A model generated the notes under the pieces. The model saw only the letters and a program-made list of their open reading frames with translations. It searched no databases and was not told the DNA's origin. Positions 10,185 through 19,095 of a DNA stretch of 58,646 nucleotides are shown here, in pieces. The position numbers and the translations under genes are program-made. Source of the stretch: an uncultured Gammaproteobacteria bacterium (GTDB lineage: Bacteria; Pseudomonadota; Gammaproteobacteria; CAYTUN01); assembly GCA_964441315.1 (NCBI GenBank), contig CAYTUN010000002.1, forward strand, positions 1 through 58,646, in the 5' to 3' direction. The number at the start of each line of letters is the position of its first letter. The first letter of the stretch is position 1.

Positions 10185-10248
10185 AATAAAACCATCTGCT
10201 CATCAATAATTAAAGCCACTTAAAAATCAAAGCCACTTAAATAAATCT

Positions 10249-11799
10249 TTACTTAACCGGCTGCATCCCTTGCAAAGTTTTTTGACTGCGGACCCAAGGG
10301 TTTTTCTCGCGTAGATTCGCTGGCAATTGATTTTTTGCGGCTTTGGCTGCTGCAGCAGTGGTGTAATTACCGGTCACTAAAATGTACCAGGTTTGTCCGT
10401 CGCGCGACATGCGATAGATGCGCGAATTTTTAAGACCGGAAGATTTTAATGAGGTGCGGATCGCATTTAAATTATTCGAAGCAGCTAATTGCAAAACAAA
10501 TCCACTATCAATGCTATCAATGCGTTGCATTGATGAGGATTTTTTCTCGGCTTTTGCAGGAGCAGCGCGTGGCGCTGCTGTGGCGCGGGGAGGGTTTCGT
10601 TCGGGGCGTTTGATGGGTAGTTCTTTTACTACTATTTTTTGTGGGTTTGCTGTTGTTGCAGCTGGGGCTGCAACAATGGGTGTTGTGTTGGTTGAGGTAG
10701 TTGTTTCTGCTGGGGCGTTAATTTGGGATGCTGTTGTTGGCTCATTAATATGATTTGTCGTAGTAGTAGCGGAATTTTCCGGCATTGAATGCGTCAACGT
10801 TTCAGCAGCGTTAGTTGAGTTCAAATCGGTATTTCCAGAATTATTTAAAGTTTGATTTGCGGGAGTAGAAGCTTGCGCGCTTGTTTGTGCTGACGGATTA
10901 ATCTCATTAACCTTATCGCTAGCGCTAACGTTAGCTTGACCACCATTGTCGCTATTTTGCTCCTGAGCTAGCGGCGCCGTTGATGCCGCATGCAATGCGG
11001 CATTCGGTTTCGTTAAATCTTTATGATGCTGCCAATACCAAATTAGCGCAAATAAGATGACTAATAATGTCAAACTAATCCAACGCACATGCGGATTGCG
11101 TTTGACATTTTCTTCTGATACTTGTTCGTTTTCAGTTTCGGGGGTTTTTTCCATTTTGATCCTTGGACGTTTTAAAATGTAATTTTGCATTTTTGCTAAA
11201 TTACCAGAAGTTTTTTCATACAAAATTTCAAACGGTTCGATAAATTGCACGGCTTGTTCACGCATAAATTGATAAAACAATTCCGTTTCATGCTGCGTCA
11301 ACGTATCGATATTAAAACAAGGCACTTGCACGCGGTCAGCCCAAATGCCTAATAAATTATTAATTCTGGCTTTTAATGCTGGTAATCCTACTAAAACAAA
11401 ATAGAGATGATAATGCGTTGCTTTTTGCTCTTGTAAACATTGCATCATAAATGACATCGTCGCCAACGGCAGTTTTTCTGCATTATCAATTAAGTAGATT
11501 AATTTGCGTTGTTGTTGATTTAAATTAGCGACGGTATTGCTAATGGATTTATCGCGACTTCCGGCTTGTTTCGCTAAATCGGTTTGTAAAATTTCAGCGG
11601 TGAGATTTTCTGCATCTTCAAATACCAGCAAATTTTCTTTATCGGGACACTGATTGAAAAATTCTTTTATCAATGTCGATTTACCCACACCTTCGGCGCC
11701 GACCAATAAAACCAAAGGATCAAAGGTCTGCCTTAGGGCGAGCAGGTATTGGATATAGCGTTTGAATTGCTGGGAAGGGTAATAAATCGTGAGGGCCAT
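10249..11799 (-). CDS. ExeA-like P-loop NTPase / TM / low-complexity linker / C-terminal SPOR domain protein (DamX-like)
   Basis: N-terminal Walker A LLVGAEGVGKST and LIYLIDNAEKL. TM helix WISLTLLVILFALIWYW. Linker rich in T, A, N and P. C-terminal FVLQLAASNN...WYILVTGNYTTAAAAKAA is SPOR-like. Confidence 0.7.
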   Translation of the reverse strand: MALTIYYPSQQFKRYIQYLLALRQTFDPLVLLVGAEGVGKSTLIKEFFNQCPDKENLLVFEDAENLTAEILQTDLAKQAGSRDKSISNTVANLNQQQRKLIYLIDNAEKLPLATMSFMMQCLQEQKATHYHLYFVLVGLPALKARINNLLGIWADRVQVPCFNIDTLTQHETELFYQFMREQAVQFIEPFEILYEKTSGNLAKMQNYILKRPRIKMEKTPETENEQVSEENVKRNPHVRWISLTLLVILFALIWYWQHHKDLTKPNAALHAASTAPLAQEQNSDNGGQANVSASDKVNEINPSAQTSAQASTPANQTLNNSGNTDLNSTNAAETLTHSMPENSATTTTNHINEPTTASQINAPAETTTSTNTTPIVAAPAATTANPQKIVVKELPIKRPERNPPRATAAPRAAPAKAEKKSSSMQRIDSIDSGFVLQLAASNNLNAIRTSLKSSGLKNSRIYRMSRDGQTWYILVTGNYTTAAAAKAAKNQLPANLREKNPWVRSQKTLQGMQPVK

Positions 11800-11932
11800 A
11801 ACGGTCAGAAATCTCAGTGAAAGTTGATGAATTAGGATAACGAATTTGGCAGCATTTTAAAACCCACAGCGGTCCCCGCTGAAACGTAATTACGGTATTG
11901 CATCAGCTTTTTTACCAACAGATGATGGGAGT

Positions 11933-12979
11933 ATGAGTAAAAACCTTCATCAACCGCATGACCATTTTTTCAAGCGCTGCTTGAGTGACCCGCGTGTCGC
12001 TAAAGATTTTTTGCTACAGCATCTGCCGTCTGCGATTAAAAATGCGGTAGATTTTGATACGTTGAAGTTGAGCAAAAATTCGTTTATTGACCAGACATTT
12101 AAACATGCTGAAGTGGATGTGCTTTATCAAGCAAAAATTAATCAAGAAACTGGTTTCATCTATGTGTTACTAGAACACCAAAGCACAATTGATGCGCTAT
12201 TGGCGTTTAGGCTGTTTAAATATTTAATTGCAATTATTGATCAACATTTGAAACAATCAAAGAATAAAGTTTTGCCTTTAGTTTATCCGCTGGTTTTTTA
12301 TACCGGTGCTGCTGAATATAACGGCCCGAAAGATATTTTTAGTTTATTTGGTGCCCAATACGAACTGGCTAAATCGATTTGGCTCAAGCCTTTTCATTTA
12401 ATAGATGCCAAACATATTCCTGAAGATAATTTAAAAGAACATTTCTGGGCCGGCATTATGCAATTCATTTTTAAGCATCGGATGCTGGGTGATTTTGTTG
12501 ATGCGATGGAGCCATTTTTAATTTGGTTACGCGAAATTGAATTGGCTGGCGGCTATGATTTTGGATTGGATTTGTTAAAATATATCGCAGAATTCGATGA
12601 AAATGTTTATGGCGAAGAATTTATTCGATTGGCAAAAATTCATTTAAGTGATCAATTGAGGACTGAAACTATGACACTAAAAGAGCAATTTCAGCAACAG
12701 GGCTATCAGCAAGCATTAAGGGAAGCTATGACATTAAAAGAGCAGTTTCAGCAAGAAGGCTATAAACAAGGCATTCAACAAGGTATACAACAAGGCTTGG
12801 AGCAAGGCATAGAACAAGGCCTGGAGCAAGGCAAACAGAAAGGCGCTATGGAAGTGCAAGCAAAAATCGCCAAGGCAATGCTTGCAAATGGCCTGTCTGA
12901 AGTAATGATTGCCCAAATAACTGGCTTAGACTTAAAAGTTTTGCAAAACCTTATCAGAATCCAAGTTGAAACCAAGTAA
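11933..12979 (+). CDS. Rpn-family recombination-promoting nuclease / putative transposase (YhgA-like PD-(D/E)xK)
   Basis: N-terminus HDHFFKRCLSDPRVAKDFLLQHLP and EVDVLYQ...YVLLEHQS are typical of the Rpn/YhgA family. C-terminal tandem MTLKEQFQQ.GY and (Q/E)QG(I/L) repeats. Confidence 0.85.
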   Translation: MSKNLHQPHDHFFKRCLSDPRVAKDFLLQHLPSAIKNAVDFDTLKLSKNSFIDQTFKHAEVDVLYQAKINQETGFIYVLLEHQSTIDALLAFRLFKYLIAIIDQHLKQSKNKVLPLVYPLVFYTGAAEYNGPKDIFSLFGAQYELAKSIWLKPFHLIDAKHIPEDNLKEHFWAGIMQFIFKHRMLGDFVDAMEPFLIWLREIELAGGYDFGLDLLKYIAEFDENVYGEEFIRLAKIHLSDQLRTETMTLKEQFQQQGYQQALREAMTLKEQFQQEGYKQGIQQGIQQGLEQGIEQGLEQGKQKGAMEVQAKIAKAMLANGLSEVMIAQITGLDLKVLQNLIRIQVETK

Positions 12980-12984
12980 AAAAA

Positions 12985-14244
12985 TTAATCCACAATTTCC
13001 GGCGTGATAAAAATCAGCAATTCTCTGGTATTGTTTTCTTTTTCACGCTGTTTAAACAAACCACCGACTAAAGGAATTTTTCCTAAAACTGGAACACGCT
13101 CTTCTCGATTTTGCGCGCTTTGTTCGTAAATACCGCCTAATACAATCGTTTGATTATTTTGCGCTAAAACTTGTGTTTGAATTTGCTGGGTTTCAATTGC
13201 AGGTACGCCATTGACAGTAATTCGACTGACTTTATCCTGATTTAAGCTGAGTAATAATTGAATTTGATTGCGATTAGTAATTTCCGGCGTCACTTTCAAA
13301 CCGAGTACGGCTTTTTTAAAAGCTACATTAGTGGCGCCACTGGAAGTTTTTTCTTGATAAGGAATTTCTTGGCCAGCTTCGATATAGGCAGCGACACCAT
13401 TGGCAGTTAATAATTTGGGATGTGAAATTAATTTTCCATGGCCTTCTGCTTCTAAAGCAGCGATTTCCGCATCTAAAGTACTAGTGGAACCAAAGCGCGC
13501 TAAAGTAATGCGTGCTTCATTCGTTGATAAATTAATATTATTGCCGGTATTGGTATTATCGGTGCCAGTTTGATTTTGGTTGCTGGAAGTAAATTTCACG
13601 CCTAAGCGATTTAAATAATTGCGATCGACATTCACAATTCTTCCGGTAATACGAATCTGTTTCACCGGAACATCTAGAGCCGCAATAAATTGCCGTAATT
13701 TTAATAAATGCGTACGATCATCCTGCGCCCAAAGTTGGTTTGTCCTTGGATCAACGACCAACGAACCATCAGCAGATAACAAACCGGAAGTTTGTTTGAC
13801 TAACTCCGCAATTTTATCCGCTTGCGCAAAACGCAAACGAAGCAGTTCAGGTTTAAAACCGGCAATTTCATCAGTTTCTGGCGAGATAAATAAAATATTA
13901 TTATCCGTTTCGGCTTTTAAATTTTTCATCCGCAAAATCGCATTCAACGCCTGCTGCCAGCTGACATCTTTTAAATAAAGACTGACATCGCCTTTTACGG
14001 CGTCATCAATCATGATGTTATAATCGAGCTCATGCGCCAAGACTGTTAATAATTTTTTGACATCCACCGCCTGAAATTCCAAAGTCATTTTCTTATCGGC
14101 AGGGACAGGGACAGGCGTAGCCAAACTAAAATTTGAAATTATTAGCAAGCAAACAAAAATGTAAATCAAGCGGATATGATTAATATAAAATCTCCTCAGT
14201 TTTATTGCTTGCCGGCAATTGCAAAACAATACGATTGTTTTCAA
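12985..14244 (-). CDS. pilQ: Type IV pilus secretin PilQ (short form, no AMIN domains)
   Basis: Secretin C-terminal domain (VPVLGKIPLVGGLFK, ELLIFITPEIV) with N0/N1-like N-terminus. Last gene of pilMNOPQ. The true start is probably internal, because the long ORF overlaps pilP by 65 nt. Confidence 0.85.
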   Translation of the reverse strand: MKTIVLFCNCRQAIKLRRFYINHIRLIYIFVCLLIISNFSLATPVPVPADKKMTLEFQAVDVKKLLTVLAHELDYNIMIDDAVKGDVSLYLKDVSWQQALNAILRMKNLKAETDNNILFISPETDEIAGFKPELLRLRFAQADKIAELVKQTSGLLSADGSLVVDPRTNQLWAQDDRTHLLKLRQFIAALDVPVKQIRITGRIVNVDRNYLNRLGVKFTSSNQNQTGTDNTNTGNNINLSTNEARITLARFGSTSTLDAEIAALEAEGHGKLISHPKLLTANGVAAYIEAGQEIPYQEKTSSGATNVAFKKAVLGLKVTPEITNRNQIQLLLSLNQDKVSRITVNGVPAIETQQIQTQVLAQNNQTIVLGGIYEQSAQNREERVPVLGKIPLVGGLFKQREKENNTRELLIFITPEIVD

Positions 14245-14491
14245 TAGTTAAAACCTGTGCTTTTTCCCAACCAATCACCTCATTTTGCTGAAGCAAAATC
14301 AGCTCTCCCATTGGCCCGGATAAAACTACCTGGTTACTGCCATGATTTAATTTTCCGACCCACTTAAACTCTTCCCAGGAATATTGAGATTGAATCGGTA
14401 AATTTTGCAGACGTTCCTCTGCAAATGGATTGGCATAAGTCGTTATGACACAAAAATAGAGAAAAATTAAATATATTTTCATAATGAACAT
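14180..14491 (-). CDS. pilP: Pilus assembly protein PilP (short)
   Basis: Signal or lipoprotein-like N-terminus followed by a PilP-like beta domain (WVGKLNHGSNQVVLSGPMGELILLQQNEVIGW..VLTIENNRIVL). Positioned before pilQ. Confidence 0.6.
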   Translation of the reverse strand: MFIMKIYLIFLYFCVITTYANPFAEERLQNLPIQSQYSWEEFKWVGKLNHGSNQVVLSGPMGELILLQQNEVIGWEKAQVLTIENNRIVLQLPASNKTEEILY

Positions 14492-14778
14492 CTAACTGAT
14501 AATAAATTTTTGTTTGCATTAATCACTAATTTCTTTATCAAAAAATTATCCGGCAACGAAGATAATAGGTTTATAAAATCTGTATAACTGAATCGACATA
14601 AATAATCTTGCCCCCCATCTAAAAACTGGCATCCCGAATAATGAATCAACTGCGGCCCAAGCATAGCGCTTTCTGCCGCCACTAGGGTGGCAGAGGGCTT
14701 CAGTTGCATAGCAAAAAAAATCAACAGAAACAAATTTGTCGAAATCAATATCCAGCTCCATTTGTTAATTTTTTTCAT
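14479..14778 (-). CDS. pilO: Pilus assembly protein PilO-like (short)
   Basis: Single N-terminal TM (WSWILISTNLFLLIFFAM). Fourth-from-last position in the overlapping pilMNOPQ series. Call is by position only. Confidence 0.45.
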   Translation of the reverse strand: MKKINKWSWILISTNLFLLIFFAMQLKPSATLVAAESAMLGPQLIHYSGCQFLDGGQDYLCRFSYTDFINLLSSLPDNFLIKKLVINANKNLLSVRCSL

Positions 14779-15169
14779 AAAAACTCATCTTGAAACTTAC
14801 ACCTTCAGCTACAGCCTGATTTAAATTTTCATTCAATTTTAAACCGCTGATTGCAGCAAACTGCTTAGCAAAATAGCTGATCGATTTTTCGCTATAGCTA
14901 ATTCCTGAGATCATTATCTCATCTGGTGTTAATGTTAAAGAATTGAGTCGCATATTTAATGGCAGAATTTGATCAAGTTTGTATAAAGTATCCAAGATTT
15001 TTTTAGCTTTTAACCCTTGTGAGGCTGATGACATTGGTATTGTTACTTTTTCCTGTTTTAATTGAAAATAGCCAATGTTTCCCAACAACAGAATTAGAAG
15101 AATAAAAATTAAAATTTTATTAATCGAAGTTTTATTTTGCGTTGCAAAATAATCAGTTAGCAAATTCAT
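14765..15169 (-). CDS. pilN: Pilus assembly protein PilN-like (short)
   Basis: N-terminal TM (ILIFILLILLLGNIGYF) and a 4-nt overlap with pilM. Positional call. Confidence 0.5.
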   Translation of the reverse strand: MNLLTDYFATQNKTSINKILIFILLILLLGNIGYFQLKQEKVTIPMSSASQGLKAKKILDTLYKLDQILPLNMRLNSLTLTPDEIMISGISYSEKSISYFAKQFAAISGLKLNENLNQAVAEGVSFKMSFYEKN

Positions 15170-16017
15170 TCGTTTCTCTTAAATTTTTTCCAGGCTAAGT
15201 GAATCAAATTGCTGCCTTTTCTAATCAGGCTTGGCTGCTTCATCAGCTCATTGGCTAAAGATCCGACTAAAAATATTTGCGCGCCGTCATTAATGCTTAT
15301 GGAATATTTTTTATTGATTTCCTCAGTTAAATTGAGCAGGGGCAAATTATAATCAGCCAACTCAAAATCCTGATTGGCCAAAATCTGTTTGGCGCCAGGA
15401 ATAATTTGCTTGATTTTCACCATTGCATCTTCATTCGGATAACTTTGGCTAAAAATAATTTTTTCATGCGACATAAAAACTAGCAGGGTTTTTATTGCAT
15501 TCGCAATATACAAATAAGGGGTTAGCACATGATTACAAAAATGCAGCGCCACCAGTTGTTGCAAAGCAAAAATATCGACGTGGATCGCTTTTAAATTTAA
15601 TCCCGCATTGAGACAACGCTGAAAAACCTGATCGATTAACTTGCGTTTAACCAAAACATATTGCAATTTATCGCCATCAGGATTTTTTGTCAGCTGATAA
15701 TCCATCACAAAATCTTCGGCTTTAGCGTTGAATGCCTTAGCCACCTGCAACCTCAACCAATTTAGTATTTGCGATGTTTTTAATTCTACTGGTACATCGA
15801 TCGAACGAATCAGAATTTGATCAAAGCTCAACACATAACGCAGTGTATATTTTCCTAACTGATAGCGCTCCTTAAAAACCAACAATTGCTGTTCAATTGT
15901 TTTTTCTTCCATATCCGATAAATTTTCACTCACCAGCCGCGTAATTTTCCCCTGCTCTAAACAAACCAAATGAAAGCATTCCGCCTGAATGCAAAATGCT
16001 GCTATTTTTTTCGGCAT
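15166..16017 (-). CDS. pilM: Type IV pilus assembly ATPase-fold protein PilM
   Basis: First gene of the overlapping pilMNOPQ series, divergent from PBP1A as in Pseudomonas and Legionella. The ATG at 16017 (MPKKIAAF) is preferred. The track ORF extends to a TTG at 16155. Confidence 0.65.
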   Translation of the reverse strand: MPKKIAAFCIQAECFHLVCLEQGKITRLVSENLSDMEEKTIEQQLLVFKERYQLGKYTLRYVLSFDQILIRSIDVPVELKTSQILNWLRLQVAKAFNAKAEDFVMDYQLTKNPDGDKLQYVLVKRKLIDQVFQRCLNAGLNLKAIHVDIFALQQLVALHFCNHVLTPYLYIANAIKTLLVFMSHEKIIFSQSYPNEDAMVKIKQIIPGAKQILANQDFELADYNLPLLNLTEEINKKYSISINDGAQIFLVGSLANELMKQPSLIRKGSNLIHLAWKKFKRNE

Positions 16018-16203
16018 AAAAAATCCAATTAATTTTTGTGCCAAGTCTAGAAATATTTCTGACGTCAACAATACCGTTCTTTTTCCTGTATTGACTAACA
16101 GGCCGCCTTTTGGGCGGCCTGAAAAGTACCGGTCAAGATATGAGGCACTAATCAAAAAATTTACGTAAAAATAAATTGATTACTGTGTAAACAAAAAAAT
16201 AAA

Positions 16204-16290
16204 CGTAGGGGGGATTAGCGCAGCGTAATCCACCGTTTTTTCCAATGCATGCCAAAAACGGTGGATTACGCTGCGCTAATCCCCCCTACA
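16204..16290. repeat. Family-3 REP-like palindrome
   Basis: gtaggggggattagcgcagcgtaatccacc - loop - ggtggattacgctgcgctaatcccccctac. A second copy lies at 54959-55050. Confidence 0.9.
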
Positions 16291-16429
16291 AATACCAAAG
16301 TCATTATTAAGATTATTGCCATTTGTCACAGCGTTCAAAGCAAACCAAAAATAAAAAAATTCTCGCCAAGCAAATAGATTATAGGTAAGGCACCTCGAGC
16401 CATAGCATCTCCCCGAAGTGGCACTAGCT

Positions 16430-16456
16430 CCCCCACCAATCCCCAAACCCACCCCC
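16430..16456 (-). other. Potential G-quadruplex motif (G5-N6-G4-N3-G3-N1-G5 on the minus strand)
   Basis: The plus strand reads cccccaccaatccccaaacccaccccc. On the pilM-sense strand this gives four G-runs of 3 or more with short loops, inside an otherwise AT-rich intergenic region. Confidence 0.5.
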
Positions 16457-16497
16457 AACTCAAGCCATCACATTAAGAGGACGCAACTAAGCCTTTA

Positions 16498-16598
16498 GGA
16501 TTTTGGCGGTAGGGGATTTTCAGACCGTAAAATACAGGGACGTATTTTCCGACCGCATGGACGCATCTTCGTCTGAAAATCCCCTACCGCCAAAATCC
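16498..16598. repeat. Perfect 28-nt inverted repeat with ~45-nt spacer
   Basis: ggattttggcggtaggggattttcagac ... gtctgaaaatcccctaccgccaaaatcc. This is the only copy in the window and lies just upstream of mrcA. Confidence 0.85.
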
Positions 16599-16698
16599 CT
16601 AGCACTCAGCCCCCGTCCTTTTAATGAGATGGCTGACACAAATCCTCGCCAACAAGTATAATTACGGCGTCCTAACCCCATTGAAGATCAAAGCCCGA

Positions 16699-19068
16699 AT
16701 GAAATTCCTACAATTCCTAGCCCGCCAATCCGTGATTGCGCTTTTAAGTCTATTAATCAGCGTTTTAATTGTTGCTGGCTGTGTCTATTTTTATATGATG
16801 GTGCATTTGCCAAATGTGGATCAATTAAAAGATATGCGGATGCAGGTGCCGTTAAGGATTTATACGGCTGACGGGCAGCTGATTGCAGAATATGGCGAGA
16901 AAAAACGCATTCCAGTGACGATAGATCAAGTCCCGCAAACTTTAATTAATGCGATCGTTGCCACGGAAGATCAGCGCTTTTTTGAACATGGTGGTGTCGA
17001 TCCCGTGGGTTTAGTCCGCGCGACAAAAGAATTATTACTTACCGGCAAAAAGTCCCAAGGCGCGAGCACCATTACCATGCAAGTAGCGCGCAACTTCTTT
17101 CTCAATCCGCAAAAAACTTATGCCAGAAAAATTAATGAAATTTTATTAGCGATTAAAATTAATCAAACTTTCAGCAAACAGCAAATTCTCGAACTGTATT
17201 TAAATAAAATTTATTTAGGCCAACGCGCTTATGGCGTCGCTGCGGCAGCGCAAATTTATTATGGTAAAAAATTAAATCAATTAACCTTGCCAGAAATGGC
17301 GATGATTGCCGGTTTACCGCAAGCGCCTTCGCGCGATAATCCGATTACCAATCCAGCCGCTGCCAAAGAACGTCGCAACCATGTTTTAGAACGCATGTTA
17401 GATGCGGGTTATATCAATCAGCAAACTTACCGCCAAGCGATCCAGGCGCCAGTCGATGATGTTTCCTATCATGGCGCGGAAATCCAGGTGAGTGCGCCTT
17501 ATGTCGGCGAAATGGTCAAAGATATGTTGGTAGCGCAACTCGGCGAAGAGCGCACTTACACTGAAGGTCTAAAAGTCTATACGACCTTAAACCCAACTTT
17601 ACAAAATGCTGCTGAAACCGCTTTAAAAAAAGGCCTGATTCAATATGACCAACGTCATGGCTGGCGCGGCGCTGAAGCAAACTGGTCAAAATCACCCAGC
17701 GATAGTTGGCCACAGCAATTGCAAGCGGTTCCTACTTTAGGCGGACTAATGCCCGCTGTGGTTTTACACACAACAGCACAAGATGCAACGTTATTGCTGA
17801 AAAACAACAACACCATCACCCTTCCCTGGTCGAGTATCGCCTGGGCAAAAGCCTATCGTGAAAGCAAATACCCGGGTGGCGCCCCTACTTCGGCCAATCA
17901 AATTTTAAAGAGCGGGGATCTGGTTCGCGTATTAAAAACCGATGACGGCTGGAAGCTGGCGCAATTGCCAAAAGTAGAAGGCGCAATTGTTTCACTCGAT
18001 CCACGCGATGGCGCCATTTTAGCTTTGGATGGTGGCTTTAGTTTTGACCGCAGTCATTTTAATCGCGTCACGCAAGCGCTGCGCCAACCCGGTTCTAATT
18101 TCAAACCTTTTATTTATGCGGCAGCATTAGCCAAAGGATTCACTTTAGCAACCATTATTAATGACGCACCTTTGGTCATTAATGATACCGGTGATAAAAA
18201 TAATTTATGGCGCCCACAAAATAATGAGCAAGAATTTTATGGGCCGACGCGGCTACGCGTTGGTTTAATTAAATCGCGTAATTTGGTTTCAATCCGTATT
18301 TTGCGCCAAATTGGCATTCCTTATGCTTTAAAATATGTAAATAATTTTGGTTTTGATTCGACAAAATTGCCGCGTGCATTATCTCTCGCTTTGGGTTCAG
18401 CTGATGTCACACCCTTGGAAATGGTGCGAGGTTATTCGGTATTTGCTAATGGTGGTTATTTAGTTAATCCTTATATTATTAATAAAATTGAAGATAACGA
18501 TGGTAATTTAATTTATCAGGCTGCACCGAATGTAGTTTGTGTTGATAGCAACTGCGATGCTAATCAATTAAAACATCCGGCTGCGCGCACCGTTGACCCT
18601 GACGTGGCTTATTTAATTAATAATGCATTACAAGACGTGATTGAACATGGTACTGGTAGAGGCGCTCTAGTCATCGGCAGAAAAGATATCGCTGGAAAAA
18701 CTGGAACGACCAATCAACAAATGGACGCTTGGTTTTCCGGATTCAATGCACACGTCGCAACGACTGTTTGGGTCGGTTTTGATCAACCGAAATCTTTATA
18801 TGAATACGGCGCTGAAGCTGCCTTACCGATCTGGATTGATTACATGGAAGTGGCGCTAAAAGATCAACCGGAAGTAGTTTTACCGACACCGGCAGATATT
18901 GTGATGGTAAGAATTGATCCTGATACCGGATTACTTGCAGCGCCCGGTCAGAAAAATGCGATTTTTGAAATGTTTCGCAAAGATGATATTCCTTCGGAAT
19001 CAGTGTCGTCTGGGGAACAGACCGAGCAGGCAACAGATAACGCTCCTGATTCTGGTGGGTTATTTTAA
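16699..19068 (+). CDS. mrcA: Penicillin-binding protein 1A (bifunctional transglycosylase/transpeptidase)
   Basis: GT51 motifs ATEDQRFFEHGGVD and RKINE. Transpeptidase motifs SNFKP (SxxK), SRN and KTGTT. ATG at 16699 (MKFLQFL + TM). Confidence 0.93.
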   Translation: MKFLQFLARQSVIALLSLLISVLIVAGCVYFYMMVHLPNVDQLKDMRMQVPLRIYTADGQLIAEYGEKKRIPVTIDQVPQTLINAIVATEDQRFFEHGGVDPVGLVRATKELLLTGKKSQGASTITMQVARNFFLNPQKTYARKINEILLAIKINQTFSKQQILELYLNKIYLGQRAYGVAAAAQIYYGKKLNQLTLPEMAMIAGLPQAPSRDNPITNPAAAKERRNHVLERMLDAGYINQQTYRQAIQAPVDDVSYHGAEIQVSAPYVGEMVKDMLVAQLGEERTYTEGLKVYTTLNPTLQNAAETALKKGLIQYDQRHGWRGAEANWSKSPSDSWPQQLQAVPTLGGLMPAVVLHTTAQDATLLLKNNNTITLPWSSIAWAKAYRESKYPGGAPTSANQILKSGDLVRVLKTDDGWKLAQLPKVEGAIVSLDPRDGAILALDGGFSFDRSHFNRVTQALRQPGSNFKPFIYAAALAKGFTLATIINDAPLVINDTGDKNNLWRPQNNEQEFYGPTRLRVGLIKSRNLVSIRILRQIGIPYALKYVNNFGFDSTKLPRALSLALGSADVTPLEMVRGYSVFANGGYLVNPYIINKIEDNDGNLIYQAAPNVVCVDSNCDANQLKHPAARTVDPDVAYLINNALQDVIEHGTGRGALVIGRKDIAGKTGTTNQQMDAWFSGFNAHVATTVWVGFDQPKSLYEYGAEAALPIWIDYMEVALKDQPEVVLPTPADIVMVRIDPDTGLLAAPGQKNAIFEMFRKDDIPSESVSSGEQTEQATDNAPDSGGLF

Positions 19069-19095
19069 TAATAATTAATTTAAATGAGGTAACTA

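Noticed and set aside
9926-10219. 97-aa ORF (MALIIDEQ...PSPTRGEG...)
   Set aside because: It lies entirely within the family-1 MITE. The peptide is just the translated palindromic arms. Equivalent ORFs appear at every copy (23541..23837 and 53004..53219).
10418-10753. 111-aa plus-strand ORF opposite the DamX-like linker
   Set aside because: It is antisense to a low-complexity Thr/Ala-rich coding stretch. The Gly/Ala/Val-rich product is a compositional artefact.
15166-16155. Long pilM ORF starting at the TTG at 16155
   Set aside because: The first 46 codons have no PilM-like sequence and begin at a TTG. The ATG at 16017 gives an N-terminus of typical PilM form. It is kept as an alternative only.
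16276-16458. 60-aa minus-strand ORF (MGVGLGIGGGASATSG...)
   Set aside because: It starts in the G-rich quadruplex-like tract and ends in the family-3 palindrome. It is more plausibly non-coding intergenic repeat DNA.
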